This document shows, piece after piece, positions 27,983 to 35,715 of a stretch of 60,168 nt of DNA. The notes beneath the pieces are model-generated. The model had not been told where the DNA came from and searched no databases. It saw nothing but the letters and a program-made list of their open reading frames with translations. Both the position numbers and the translations under genes were made by a program. The number at the start of each line of letters is the position of its first letter. The stretch's first letter is position 1. Source of the DNA: Spirochaetota bacterium (lineage in GTDB: Bacteria > Spirochaetota > Spirochaetia > B11-G9). The stretch lies in the NCBI GenBank assembly GCA_024280415.1, contig JAJRQE010000088.1, positions 1 to 60,168 on the forward strand, read 5' to 3'.

Positions 27983-28264
27983 TTAGTCTTCTTTTCTTAC
28001 AAAAAGGTACTTTAGAAATGATGTTTCAAGCTGGAAATGCTTGTCCATTTCGGCAACTTTCTCCGAAAGAACTTCGATTTCATAGAAATAATAATGACCT
28101 TTTGTTTCTTTTTTTATTTCGTAGGCAAGTTCTCTTGCACCCATGTCAGTTTCTTTAGACACTTTAACAGCGTGTCTTTCAAACTCTGCTTTCACGAGTT
28201 CTTTACCTTTTGTGAAGTTATCTTCATCTGTACGGAAGATACACGTTAGTTCGTAGGTTCTCAT
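27983..28264 (-). CDS. rpsF: 30S ribosomal protein S6
   Basis: MRTYELTCIFRTD...GHYYFYEIE is canonical bS6. It is preceded by AGGAGGG. Confidence 0.95.
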   Translation of the reverse strand: MRTYELTCIFRTDEDNFTKGKELVKAEFERHAVKVSKETDMGARELAYEIKKETKGHYYFYEIEVLSEKVAEMDKHFQLETSFLKYLFVRKED

Positions 28265-28349
28265 AAACCCTCCTTCTGGACTTTATGATCCGCTTCAAAG
28301 CGGATAAAGAGGTCAAATTAAACTAGCATGCAAAATGGATGATTGTCAA
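28265..28349 (-). promoter_or_regulatory. rpsF operon promoter and 5' leader hairpin (candidate S6:S18 autoregulatory element)
   Basis: On the minus strand: -35 TTGACA (28344-28349), 18 nt, TAGTTT (28320-28325), then hairpin AUCCGC-UUUGAA-GCGGAU (28288-28305), then the SD. Confidence 0.35.
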
Positions 28350-28363
28350 GAGAAGGAAAATTC

Positions 28364-28957
28364 CTACAGCAATAAGTACTGCTCAGGATTCCGATAACCA
28401 CCCTCAAGTTTCAACAGCTTTTTCTTTGCAGCTAATCCTCCCCCATACCCAACAAGCTCACCATTACTGCCAATTATACGGTGGCAAGGAATAATAATAG
28501 CTATTGAATTGGCTCCATTTGCACCGGCAACAGCCCGTACAGCCTTCTCATTGCCGATATCTTTCGCCAGTTGCAGATATGTGGAAGTAGTTCCATAAAG
28601 CACCTTCAGCAAAGCAGTCCAGACACTTCGCTGGAAATCAGTTCCTATCATCAGAAGAGGAATATCAAACTCTTCCCGCATCCCTTCAAGATATTCATTC
28701 AGCTGCTCGCTTGTTTTTTTTAAAATATCATCATCCTGATAAAGAAAATCAGCATTTAGTTCTTTTTTTAATCTGCTGGATATAGTTTTAATCATCTTCC
28801 TGTATCGAAAATCAAGTAAACAAAGTTTCCCATCGAAGGAACCCAGTATTAGTTCTCCTATACTGGATTTATAATACTGGATATTAATCCAATTCATATA
28901 TGCATCCAAAAATAATAGTTTTTTAATATACTCATAGAACATCTTAACTCTTTCCAT
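28364..28957 (-). CDS. ogt: methylated-DNA--protein-cysteine methyltransferase
   Basis: Active-site IIIPCHRIIG and the downstream GYGGGL motif. The start may be ATG 28894 (MNWINIQYY...). Confidence 0.85.
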   Translation of the reverse strand: MERVKMFYEYIKKLLFLDAYMNWINIQYYKSSIGELILGSFDGKLCLLDFRYRKMIKTISSRLKKELNADFLYQDDDILKKTSEQLNEYLEGMREEFDIPLLMIGTDFQRSVWTALLKVLYGTTSTYLQLAKDIGNEKAVRAVAGANGANSIAIIIPCHRIIGSNGELVGYGGGLAAKKKLLKLEGGYRNPEQYLLL

Positions 28958-29169
28958 CTAAAGGAACCAGTCATCATCTGATATTTATTCCAGGAAAGAA
29001 GGAACCTCAAGTAAGAACCATTTATTACCGAAAATCAAATATGAGTGCCAGATGACCAATATATTCATCTAATATCCGTTTTGGTAAGAAAAGAAAAATT
29101 ATATTAGTTATTCCGGCATATAGTTAAACTCCGGTTCCTAAGGAATTATTTAAAGGGAGGGTTTGAATT

Positions 29170-29640
29170 ATGACACAGTATATTCATTATGAAGAAAATA
29201 TATTTATGCTGAATGATCTGCTTCGGCATATAGAGAGAAGTCTTAAAATTGATATCGACAGTAATGTATTTCTCGAGAAAATTAAATCAGATCTAATTTT
29301 TGCAGAAGGAAAACTATCATCTCTCTACGAGGCACTTAAGGACTCAACACTTCAGTTGGATAAAATCCAATATTTCAGGCATCTCTATAAAACTAAAAGT
29401 CTTTCTCTCAGGATTACCGACAGTATTTTAAATAAGAGTATCGGAAGGTCTCTGGATTTTTCAGACTTTCTTGAAAGACTTCGGGAAGCAGAAAAAGAAC
29501 AGGAATTTGAGCAAAATGATATAGAGAGCTATCTTGCCAAAACCGATAACAGTGATATGGATACCAATCTTATCAGTCAGGAAGAGCTTATGTTTCTTAT
29601 GTCAGGAAATATTTCAGATGAAGAGGATGTTAACCAATAA
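29170..29640 (+). CDS. hypothetical acidic helical protein, 156 aa
   Basis: SD GGGAGGG precedes the ATG. The stop overlaps the hisI start (TAATG). I recognise no family. Confidence 0.6.
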   Translation: MTQYIHYEENIFMLNDLLRHIERSLKIDIDSNVFLEKIKSDLIFAEGKLSSLYEALKDSTLQLDKIQYFRHLYKTKSLSLRITDSILNKSIGRSLDFSDFLERLREAEKEQEFEQNDIESYLAKTDNSDMDTNLISQEELMFLMSGNISDEEDVNQ

Positions 29641-30020
29641 TGATATCTGATGATATTGATTTTTCGAAAATGAATGGGCTTATTCCTGTTATAGCCCAGG
29701 ACTGGGAAACAAATGAAATACTAATGCTTGCATTTGCCGATAAAGAAGCCCTGAATAAAACCCTTTCTTCCGGATTTGCCCACTATTACAGCAGATCAAG
29801 AAAAAAACTGTGGAAAAAGGGTGGCAGCTCCGGACATACCCAGGAAATAGTCGAGATCCGGGTTGACTGTGACAGGGACACATTGATTTACAGGGTCAGG
29901 CAGAAAGGGGGAGCATGTCATACAGGTTACTACAGCTGTTTCTACAGAATTATTGATAAATCCGGATTTAAAATTACGGGGATAAAAAACTTTGACCCTG
30001 AAAAAATATACACCAGCTAG
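29640..30020 (+). CDS. hisI: phosphoribosyl-AMP cyclohydrolase
   Basis: IPVIAQD...NEILMLAF...YYSRSRKKLWKKGGSSGH...VDCDRDTL...GGACHTGYYSCF matches the PRA-CH fold, including the Cys/His metal ligands. Confidence 0.88.
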   Translation: MISDDIDFSKMNGLIPVIAQDWETNEILMLAFADKEALNKTLSSGFAHYYSRSRKKLWKKGGSSGHTQEIVEIRVDCDRDTLIYRVRQKGGACHTGYYSCFYRIIDKSGFKITGIKNFDPEKIYTS

Positions 30021-31939
30021 GAACTGACTGCGACAGACAGATCCATTCCTGCAAGTCTCCTTACAAAAACAGCGATTCCCTCTCCATTCAATCCACAGAG
30101 TTCAAGAAGTTCCGACCTTAGAGCCTGGGGAAGAAACTGTTCAGGTATACCATGGTATTCAAAATTAATTTCCAGACCCCTCTCATACACTAAAGCAGCT
30201 ATATATTCACCAATACCACCCTTACGGGAGCCCTCCTCAACCAGAATCACATTTGAATACCCGGAGAGAAGATCTGAAAGATTATTATCATCTATAGGCT
30301 TTATGAATCTGAGATTGTAAAGATCAATATCAATACCGTCACTGCTTAATATATCTACAGCCCTGATTGACTCAGCTACAAGACCACCAATAGTAATAAG
30401 AAGTGTCCTGTTTCCCGTCCGGGTAATAAAAACTCCCCTTCCGGGAATAAGAGGCTGACCTGTACCTGCAATACCTTCCGGACATTCAGCCTTTGGATAA
30501 CGAAGGAGAACAGGTCCACTGGTACTAAAGGAATACTCGATCATCAGTCTGAATTCCTCAGCAGTCCCAGGAGAAAGGATAGTAATTCCCGGAATATTTC
30601 TGAACAGAGATATGTCATAGGCTCCCTGATGCGTTTCACCATCACTGCTGACAAGACCTGCCCGATCCATGGCAATTACAACTGGTAACCCCGGAATAGC
30701 AATATCATGGATAAGCTGATCCACAGCCCTCTGCATAAAAGTCGAATAAACCGCTACAACAGGTTTCAGACCTGCAGCAGCCAGACCGGCTCCAAATGTA
30801 ACAGCATGCTGTTCAGCAATCCCAACATCAAAAAAACGATCAGGAAACTCTTCCTTGAACTGTTTTAGACCTGTCCCCTTTTCCATGGCTGCAGTGACAG
30901 CAACAATACTTTCATCCTTCACAGCCAAACCTGCCACAGCTCTACCGAAAACATTTGTGAAGGTATTCTTTGATACAAGATCTTTATCACCAGGGGCTGG
31001 GACAGGAGAAACTCCATGATAATCTGAAGGATTTTCTTCGGCTCTCTTATACCCTTTCCCCTTCCTGGTCACAACATGGACAATTACCGGTTTACGGAGT
31101 TTTTTTACATTTTCCAGAACTTTTGTTACCATTGAGATTGAATGCCCGTCTATGGGACCCACATACTCAAATCCCAATTCGGAAAATATAGTTTCTTTCA
31201 GAAAGACAGCCTTGACTCCTCTTTTCATCCGCATAACGAATTGGAAAAGCCGGTATCCAAAAAAAGGAATACTCAACAGCCCTTTATCAATAAGATCACG
31301 AATTCGCTGATAAGTTCTGGTAGCTGTAATTCTACTTACAAAGGAGGAACTTTTAGAAATATCTGACCTGGAGGAAAGCCCCCCTACATTTCTACTAATG
31401 GACATATTATTATCATTATAAATTATAATTAAATCTTTCCGCAGATGACCGGCATGATTCAGAGCCTCAAAAGCCATCCCTCCGGTAATTGCTCCATCAC
31501 CGATAACAGCTATGACTTTTCCGGCCTCACCTCTGATTGATTTACCGACAATAATTCCCAGAGCCGCAGAAATGGATGTTGAAGCATGGCCAGTTTCGAC
31601 TATGTCATGCACACTCTCGTCCCTCTTGGGAAAACCGCTCAGACCATTCTTTAGACGGATAGTATCGAAAGAATCATTTCTGCCTGTCAGTATTTTATGG
31701 GTATAACACTGATGTCCAACATCCCACACAAACTGGTCAACAGGACTGTTGAATACTCTGTGCAGGGCAATAGTCAGCTCAACGACACCGAGGTTGGAAG
31801 CAAGATGTCCGCCATTACGAGTAACAACGTCTATAATCCTGTCCCTGATCTCTTGCGCAAGATCCGGTAAATCTGAAAGAGGCAACTCTTTTAATTTTTC
31901 AGGTGAGTTTATTTTGTTTAATAAAGGCTCTTGTTTCAT
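30017..31939 (-). CDS. dxs: 1-deoxy-D-xylulose-5-phosphate synthase
   Basis: GGHLASNLGVVELT, VWDVGHQCY, GDGAITGGMAFEALN and DRAGLV motifs over 640 aa. Confidence 0.95.
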   Translation of the reverse strand: MKQEPLLNKINSPEKLKELPLSDLPDLAQEIRDRIIDVVTRNGGHLASNLGVVELTIALHRVFNSPVDQFVWDVGHQCYTHKILTGRNDSFDTIRLKNGLSGFPKRDESVHDIVETGHASTSISAALGIIVGKSIRGEAGKVIAVIGDGAITGGMAFEALNHAGHLRKDLIIIYNDNNMSISRNVGGLSSRSDISKSSSFVSRITATRTYQRIRDLIDKGLLSIPFFGYRLFQFVMRMKRGVKAVFLKETIFSELGFEYVGPIDGHSISMVTKVLENVKKLRKPVIVHVVTRKGKGYKRAEENPSDYHGVSPVPAPGDKDLVSKNTFTNVFGRAVAGLAVKDESIVAVTAAMEKGTGLKQFKEEFPDRFFDVGIAEQHAVTFGAGLAAAGLKPVVAVYSTFMQRAVDQLIHDIAIPGLPVVIAMDRAGLVSSDGETHQGAYDISLFRNIPGITILSPGTAEEFRLMIEYSFSTSGPVLLRYPKAECPEGIAGTGQPLIPGRGVFITRTGNRTLLITIGGLVAESIRAVDILSSDGIDIDLYNLRFIKPIDDNNLSDLLSGYSNVILVEEGSRKGGIGEYIAALVYERGLEINFEYHGIPEQFLPQALRSELLELCGLNGEGIAVFVRRLAGMDLSVAVSS

Positions 31940-31984
31940 TAATTACAGATTCTAACTCAAAAAATAAAAAAAACATTATTCAGA

Positions 31985-32024
31985 CAAAAAAGGGTTCTTA
32001 CAGAATAATAATTTTGCAAGAACC
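31985..32024 (-). terminator. terminator hairpin between the small basic-protein gene and dxs
   Basis: On the minus strand, GGTTCTT-N18-AAGAACC is followed by CTTTTTTG. Confidence 0.5.
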
Positions 32025-32087
32025 TTTTACCAAGCTGAATAGTTATTTAATTGCAAGACAATACAATAACTACTCTGAAAGTCTGAT

Positions 32088-32177
32088 CTATTTCTTCTTA
32101 TGTCTGTTTTTTCTAAGCTTTTTCTTTCTCTTATGAGTTGAAATCTTATGCCTTTTACGTTTTTTTCCACAGGGCAC
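32088..32177 (-). CDS. 29-aa highly basic protein, bS22-like (AURKAIP1/COX24-domain type small ribosomal protein)
   Basis: My own translation gives GTG start 32177, AGGAG 9 nt upstream, and a TAG stop at 32088-32090. The peptide is MPCGKKRKRHKISTHKRKKKLRKNRHKKK. It is too short for the ORF track. Confidence 0.6.
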   Translation of the reverse strand: MPCGKKRKRHKISTHKRKKKLRKNRHKKK

Positions 32178-32283
32178 TGTAAGCTACTCCTTAATACCCC
32201 GATTTATTACAGGGTTTAAATCAAATCTTTCCCGATTATGCCTATTGAAGCCCTTGTAGTCAAGAGTAAAGGAGGGATAGTTG

Positions 32284-32312
32284 TTGAAAATCTATTTATA
32301 AGGCATTATAGT
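32284..32312 (+). promoter_or_regulatory. sigma70-like promoter: TTGAAA, 17 bp, TATAGT, 8 nt upstream of ATG 32321
   Basis: -35 at 32284-32289 and -10 at 32307-32312. No SD lies between the -10 and the ATG. Confidence 0.4.
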
Positions 32313-32320
32313 ATAAAGTA

Positions 32321-33268
32321 ATGGAAAAGATACCGAATAAAATTACAATCAGCTCAACAAATAAAAGAATCGATGATATTCTTAAACCGGGAAATCCGGA
32401 CAATAAATACACCTATCATTTCAATCAGAATGAGGAATCATTCATTAAACTTACAGAAGAATTTATTATACCCCATTTCCCGATCCATCATGATTCAGAT
32501 CTGGATATTCCTAAAAAGGACTATCTGAACTCTCTTGAAAAACTGATGAAACAGATCGTCCCCTTCACTGCTTCAATTTTTTCCAATCTTACCTACTATT
32601 TTGATAAAAGTGAGATTTTTCATCCCTGTTTCTATCGAATTTATAAATATAAGGAACAGCGTTATCTCTACCTGCTCCGCATCGATCTGACATATAAACC
32701 CAGTGACTGTATCATAAACGAATCAGGAAGTAATGATGTTACGGATTCCTATAGAACTAAAAAATTATACCTTGAAAGTGATCTTATTCCCATTGTTGAG
32801 TATACAGTCAAAAACGGGGAAATTGATGGGTTTATTGTCGAGCAGAATATATCTGAAACATGGATCGGTGAAACAGGAAGAGGCTATCTTCTTGAAGGAA
32901 TCTGGATAGATCAGGAACTTACAAAGTATTTATCAAAACTTTTCCTTCCTGAAAACAAAAAGTCCTATCCCTACTACCCATTTACCTGCAAATACAGAAC
33001 TATATGCCATACAGTTACAGATCTTTCCCCGGAGGGACGCAAAAAGCATCTGATATACCTTCATTCCGCAAGAGCGTTCGTTCTGCCCCTGATAGATGAA
33101 ATTCAGAATACTCTAAAAGAATCTTCCACCTTTAACCGGGAGATTCCATCTTTTATGGAAATGAAAAAAAGGGTTCCCTCTTACTGGAAGAATGTATGGG
33201 AACCCCTGAAAGTAGAATCATATCTGAATGAACAGGATATGAAGGAGTTTCTTATTGACTTCCAATAA
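32321..33268 (+). CDS. hypothetical protein, 315 aa
   Basis: Uninterrupted ORF whose 3' end overlaps the murD start by 14 nt. No signal peptide or known motif is recognisable. Confidence 0.65.
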   Translation: MEKIPNKITISSTNKRIDDILKPGNPDNKYTYHFNQNEESFIKLTEEFIIPHFPIHHDSDLDIPKKDYLNSLEKLMKQIVPFTASIFSNLTYYFDKSEIFHPCFYRIYKYKEQRYLYLLRIDLTYKPSDCIINESGSNDVTDSYRTKKLYLESDLIPIVEYTVKNGEIDGFIVEQNISETWIGETGRGYLLEGIWIDQELTKYLSKLFLPENKKSYPYYPFTCKYRTICHTVTDLSPEGRKKHLIYLHSARAFVLPLIDEIQNTLKESSTFNREIPSFMEMKKRVPSYWKNVWEPLKVESYLNEQDMKEFLIDFQ

Positions 33269-34664
33269 TGATTTTGAATCCTGTAAAGTAACAATAATGG
33301 GATTGGGTCTACACGGCGGGGGTCTTGCATCCGCCCTTTTCTTTGTAAAACAGGGCGCAGATGTTACAGTTACCGACCTTAGAAGCTATGACCTTCTTGA
33401 ACCTATTATTGATCAGCTAAAACAGTATGATATAAAATTTGTACTCGGAGAGCATAGAGATGAAGACTTCAAAGATGCTGATTTTGTCATAAAAAATCCA
33501 GCTGTTCCATCGAACTCCCGGTTTCTTAAACTGGCCAAAAAAATCGAAACAGATATATCAATATTCCTGAAATACAACAGACGCCCTGTTATTGCTGTAA
33601 CAGGTAGTAAAGGAAAATCGACTACCGTTTCCGCTCTTTTCGATCTGTTTAAAACGGTTCTCCCGGAAACCAGACTGGGAGGGAATATTACAACATCTCC
33701 ACTTACATTTCTGGAAGACTGTACTAAAGAGATTACTGCTCCTGTAATCCTTGAACTCTCTTCCTGGCAGCTGGCTGATATTGATAAGTCAGGAACTCTC
33801 CGTCCCCGGATTTCGGTAATAACCAACATAATGCCCGATCACCAGAACAGATATTCATCAATGGATGAATATGTTGCCGATAAAAAATTAATATATAAAA
33901 ACCAATCATCTGATGATATTTTTATTTGCAATTTTGATGAAGAATATGGGCATATATTCGCAAAAGAAGCACCTGCACGTATCTTTTTCATATCGGTTCG
34001 GGAACTTCCCCAGGGGCTGAATGGTGCTTTCCTACGGGATAATATTGGTTATTCACGAGTTGATGAAACAGAGAAAAAAATTCTTCCGAAGTTACTCAAT
34101 ATAAGAGGAGAACATAACAGAATCAACTTGCTCTTTGCAGCCCTGATCCTTGATTTATCAGGTATTGACTCCTCAATCATAGGTCCCGGGTTGAGTAAAT
34201 TTACCGGAATTGCTCATAGAATGGAGTTTGTGGCACTGAAAAATGGAGTCTCATGGTTTAATGACAGTGCATCAACGATTCCCCAGGCAACTGCAGCTGC
34301 CCTTAGAGGTGCACAAAAACCATTCAGACTAATTGCAGGGGGAACAGATAAAAAACTTGATTTCAAAGGAACCATAGAACCCTTTGCCCTTGCAGAAGAG
34401 ATATATCTTCTGCAAGGCAGTGCCACAGAAAGACTCATGAAACATCTGGATATGGAGAACATCCCCTACAAAGGCCCCTTTAGAAGCCTGAAAGAGCTTG
34501 TAAACCTGGTAGATAAGGAGAGTAGAAAGGGTGAATCAGTAATATTCTCTCCTGGAGCAACTTCTTTCGGAATGTTTCTGAATGAATTTGACAGAGGTGA
34601 TAAATTCAGGCAGATAGTTCTGGATCTGCCCCAAGCCCGGGAAGGAACGACAGTTCGCCTTTAA
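33255..34664 (+). CDS. murD: UDP-N-acetylmuramoylalanine--D-glutamate ligase
   Basis: N-terminal Rossmann IMGLGLHGGG...VTVTD and the Mur ligase P-loop VTGSKGKSTT. Confidence 0.9.
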   Translation: MTSNNDFESCKVTIMGLGLHGGGLASALFFVKQGADVTVTDLRSYDLLEPIIDQLKQYDIKFVLGEHRDEDFKDADFVIKNPAVPSNSRFLKLAKKIETDISIFLKYNRRPVIAVTGSKGKSTTVSALFDLFKTVLPETRLGGNITTSPLTFLEDCTKEITAPVILELSSWQLADIDKSGTLRPRISVITNIMPDHQNRYSSMDEYVADKKLIYKNQSSDDIFICNFDEEYGHIFAKEAPARIFFISVRELPQGLNGAFLRDNIGYSRVDETEKKILPKLLNIRGEHNRINLLFAALILDLSGIDSSIIGPGLSKFTGIAHRMEFVALKNGVSWFNDSASTIPQATAAALRGAQKPFRLIAGGTDKKLDFKGTIEPFALAEEIYLLQGSATERLMKHLDMENIPYKGPFRSLKELVNLVDKESRKGESVIFSPGATSFGMFLNEFDRGDKFRQIVLDLPQAREGTTVRL

Positions 34665-34672
34665 GGTTGTAT

Positions 34673-35698
34673 CTATCGTTTCCTGATCTTCTTATAATAT
34701 ATTAACCTGGCAGATTCCACCCATCTGTAGACCATATAAACAACAGGTTTCAGGGGTAAATCCCAGCAACCCGGGCGATGGAGGATTCTTCCCCCGAACC
34801 CCGTTTTAAATCTGTACAGACCGCTCATAGGATGGGAAGGATCGTCAGCAGGTGGGATTCCAAACAGATCATACTCCCTGCACCCTCTTCCCTTTGCATA
34901 CTTTATTGCTTCCCACTGCAGTGCGTAGGCGGGCATAAGGTTTCGGTATTCACCCGAAGAAGCTCCGTACAGATACGTGGCTCTGTCACCATAAACAGAC
35001 ACAATAATCCCTGCAAGGAACTTTTCTCCATAGAAAGCTCTGAACATTAGGATCTCCGGTCCGTCTCCTGACAGAGAACGATCCCCGGATAATTCAAAAA
35101 TTTTCCGGTAATAATCCCTGGAGTGGATTGCTATCCTGTCTCTCTCCGATGTTTCTTCGTAGAGAGTATACCATTCATCAAGATATTCAACTCCTGATAT
35201 ATCCACAGTTATTCCTTTTCTGAATGAGAGCCGAATATTATACCTGGTTTTTGACTTCATCCGACCCAGAATCACATCTTCATCCTCCTTAAGAGAGAGA
35301 ATAACTGTGTCTGGAGGCTGAATATCAGAAAAAGACTTTTTTAGTTCGGGTTCCAGTTTAAATTGAAAGGGCTCTGTACGGTAAACTCCGGAAGGAAGAT
35401 CAAATCTGACTGTAAAGCATCCATGAGGAAGATACTTCTTAATCTCCAGACCTATTTCCTTTAAAATCCCTCCTTTCTGATTTTCAAGAGACAAAAACGG
35501 ACCATGGGGAACATAGGCTATAGCATAGTTCTTCAGAACTTTCCTTACAAGAACCAGAAGTTCTCTATCGTTAAAGATAAAAGAATGAGCCTTCCAGCCA
35601 AATTCTTCTTTAAGCAACCCCCAGTATCCGGACTGAAGAACATTACTGCCTCCCGGAAGTTCTGATAATTCTACAGTTCTTATACTTAAGGTTTCCAT
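34673..35698 (-). CDS. FemAB-family peptidoglycan interpeptide-bridge peptidyltransferase
   Basis: YLYGASSGEYRNLMPAYALQWEAIKYAKGRGCREYDLFGI and the overall length match FemX/FemAB-type aminoacyl-tRNA-dependent transferases. Confidence 0.8.
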   Translation of the reverse strand: METLSIRTVELSELPGGSNVLQSGYWGLLKEEFGWKAHSFIFNDRELLVLVRKVLKNYAIAYVPHGPFLSLENQKGGILKEIGLEIKKYLPHGCFTVRFDLPSGVYRTEPFQFKLEPELKKSFSDIQPPDTVILSLKEDEDVILGRMKSKTRYNIRLSFRKGITVDISGVEYLDEWYTLYEETSERDRIAIHSRDYYRKIFELSGDRSLSGDGPEILMFRAFYGEKFLAGIIVSVYGDRATYLYGASSGEYRNLMPAYALQWEAIKYAKGRGCREYDLFGIPPADDPSHPMSGLYRFKTGFGGRILHRPGCWDLPLKPVVYMVYRWVESARLIYYKKIRKR

Positions 35699-35715
35699 TA
35701 AAGCAGTCAGGGTTG

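Noticed and set aside
26897-28015. 372-aa ORF on the plus strand spanning rpsR and ssb
   Set aside because: It is entirely antisense to two unambiguous ribosomal/SSB genes. Its low-complexity serine- and leucine-rich translation includes VTVTVTV from the microsatellite. This is a classic shadow ORF.
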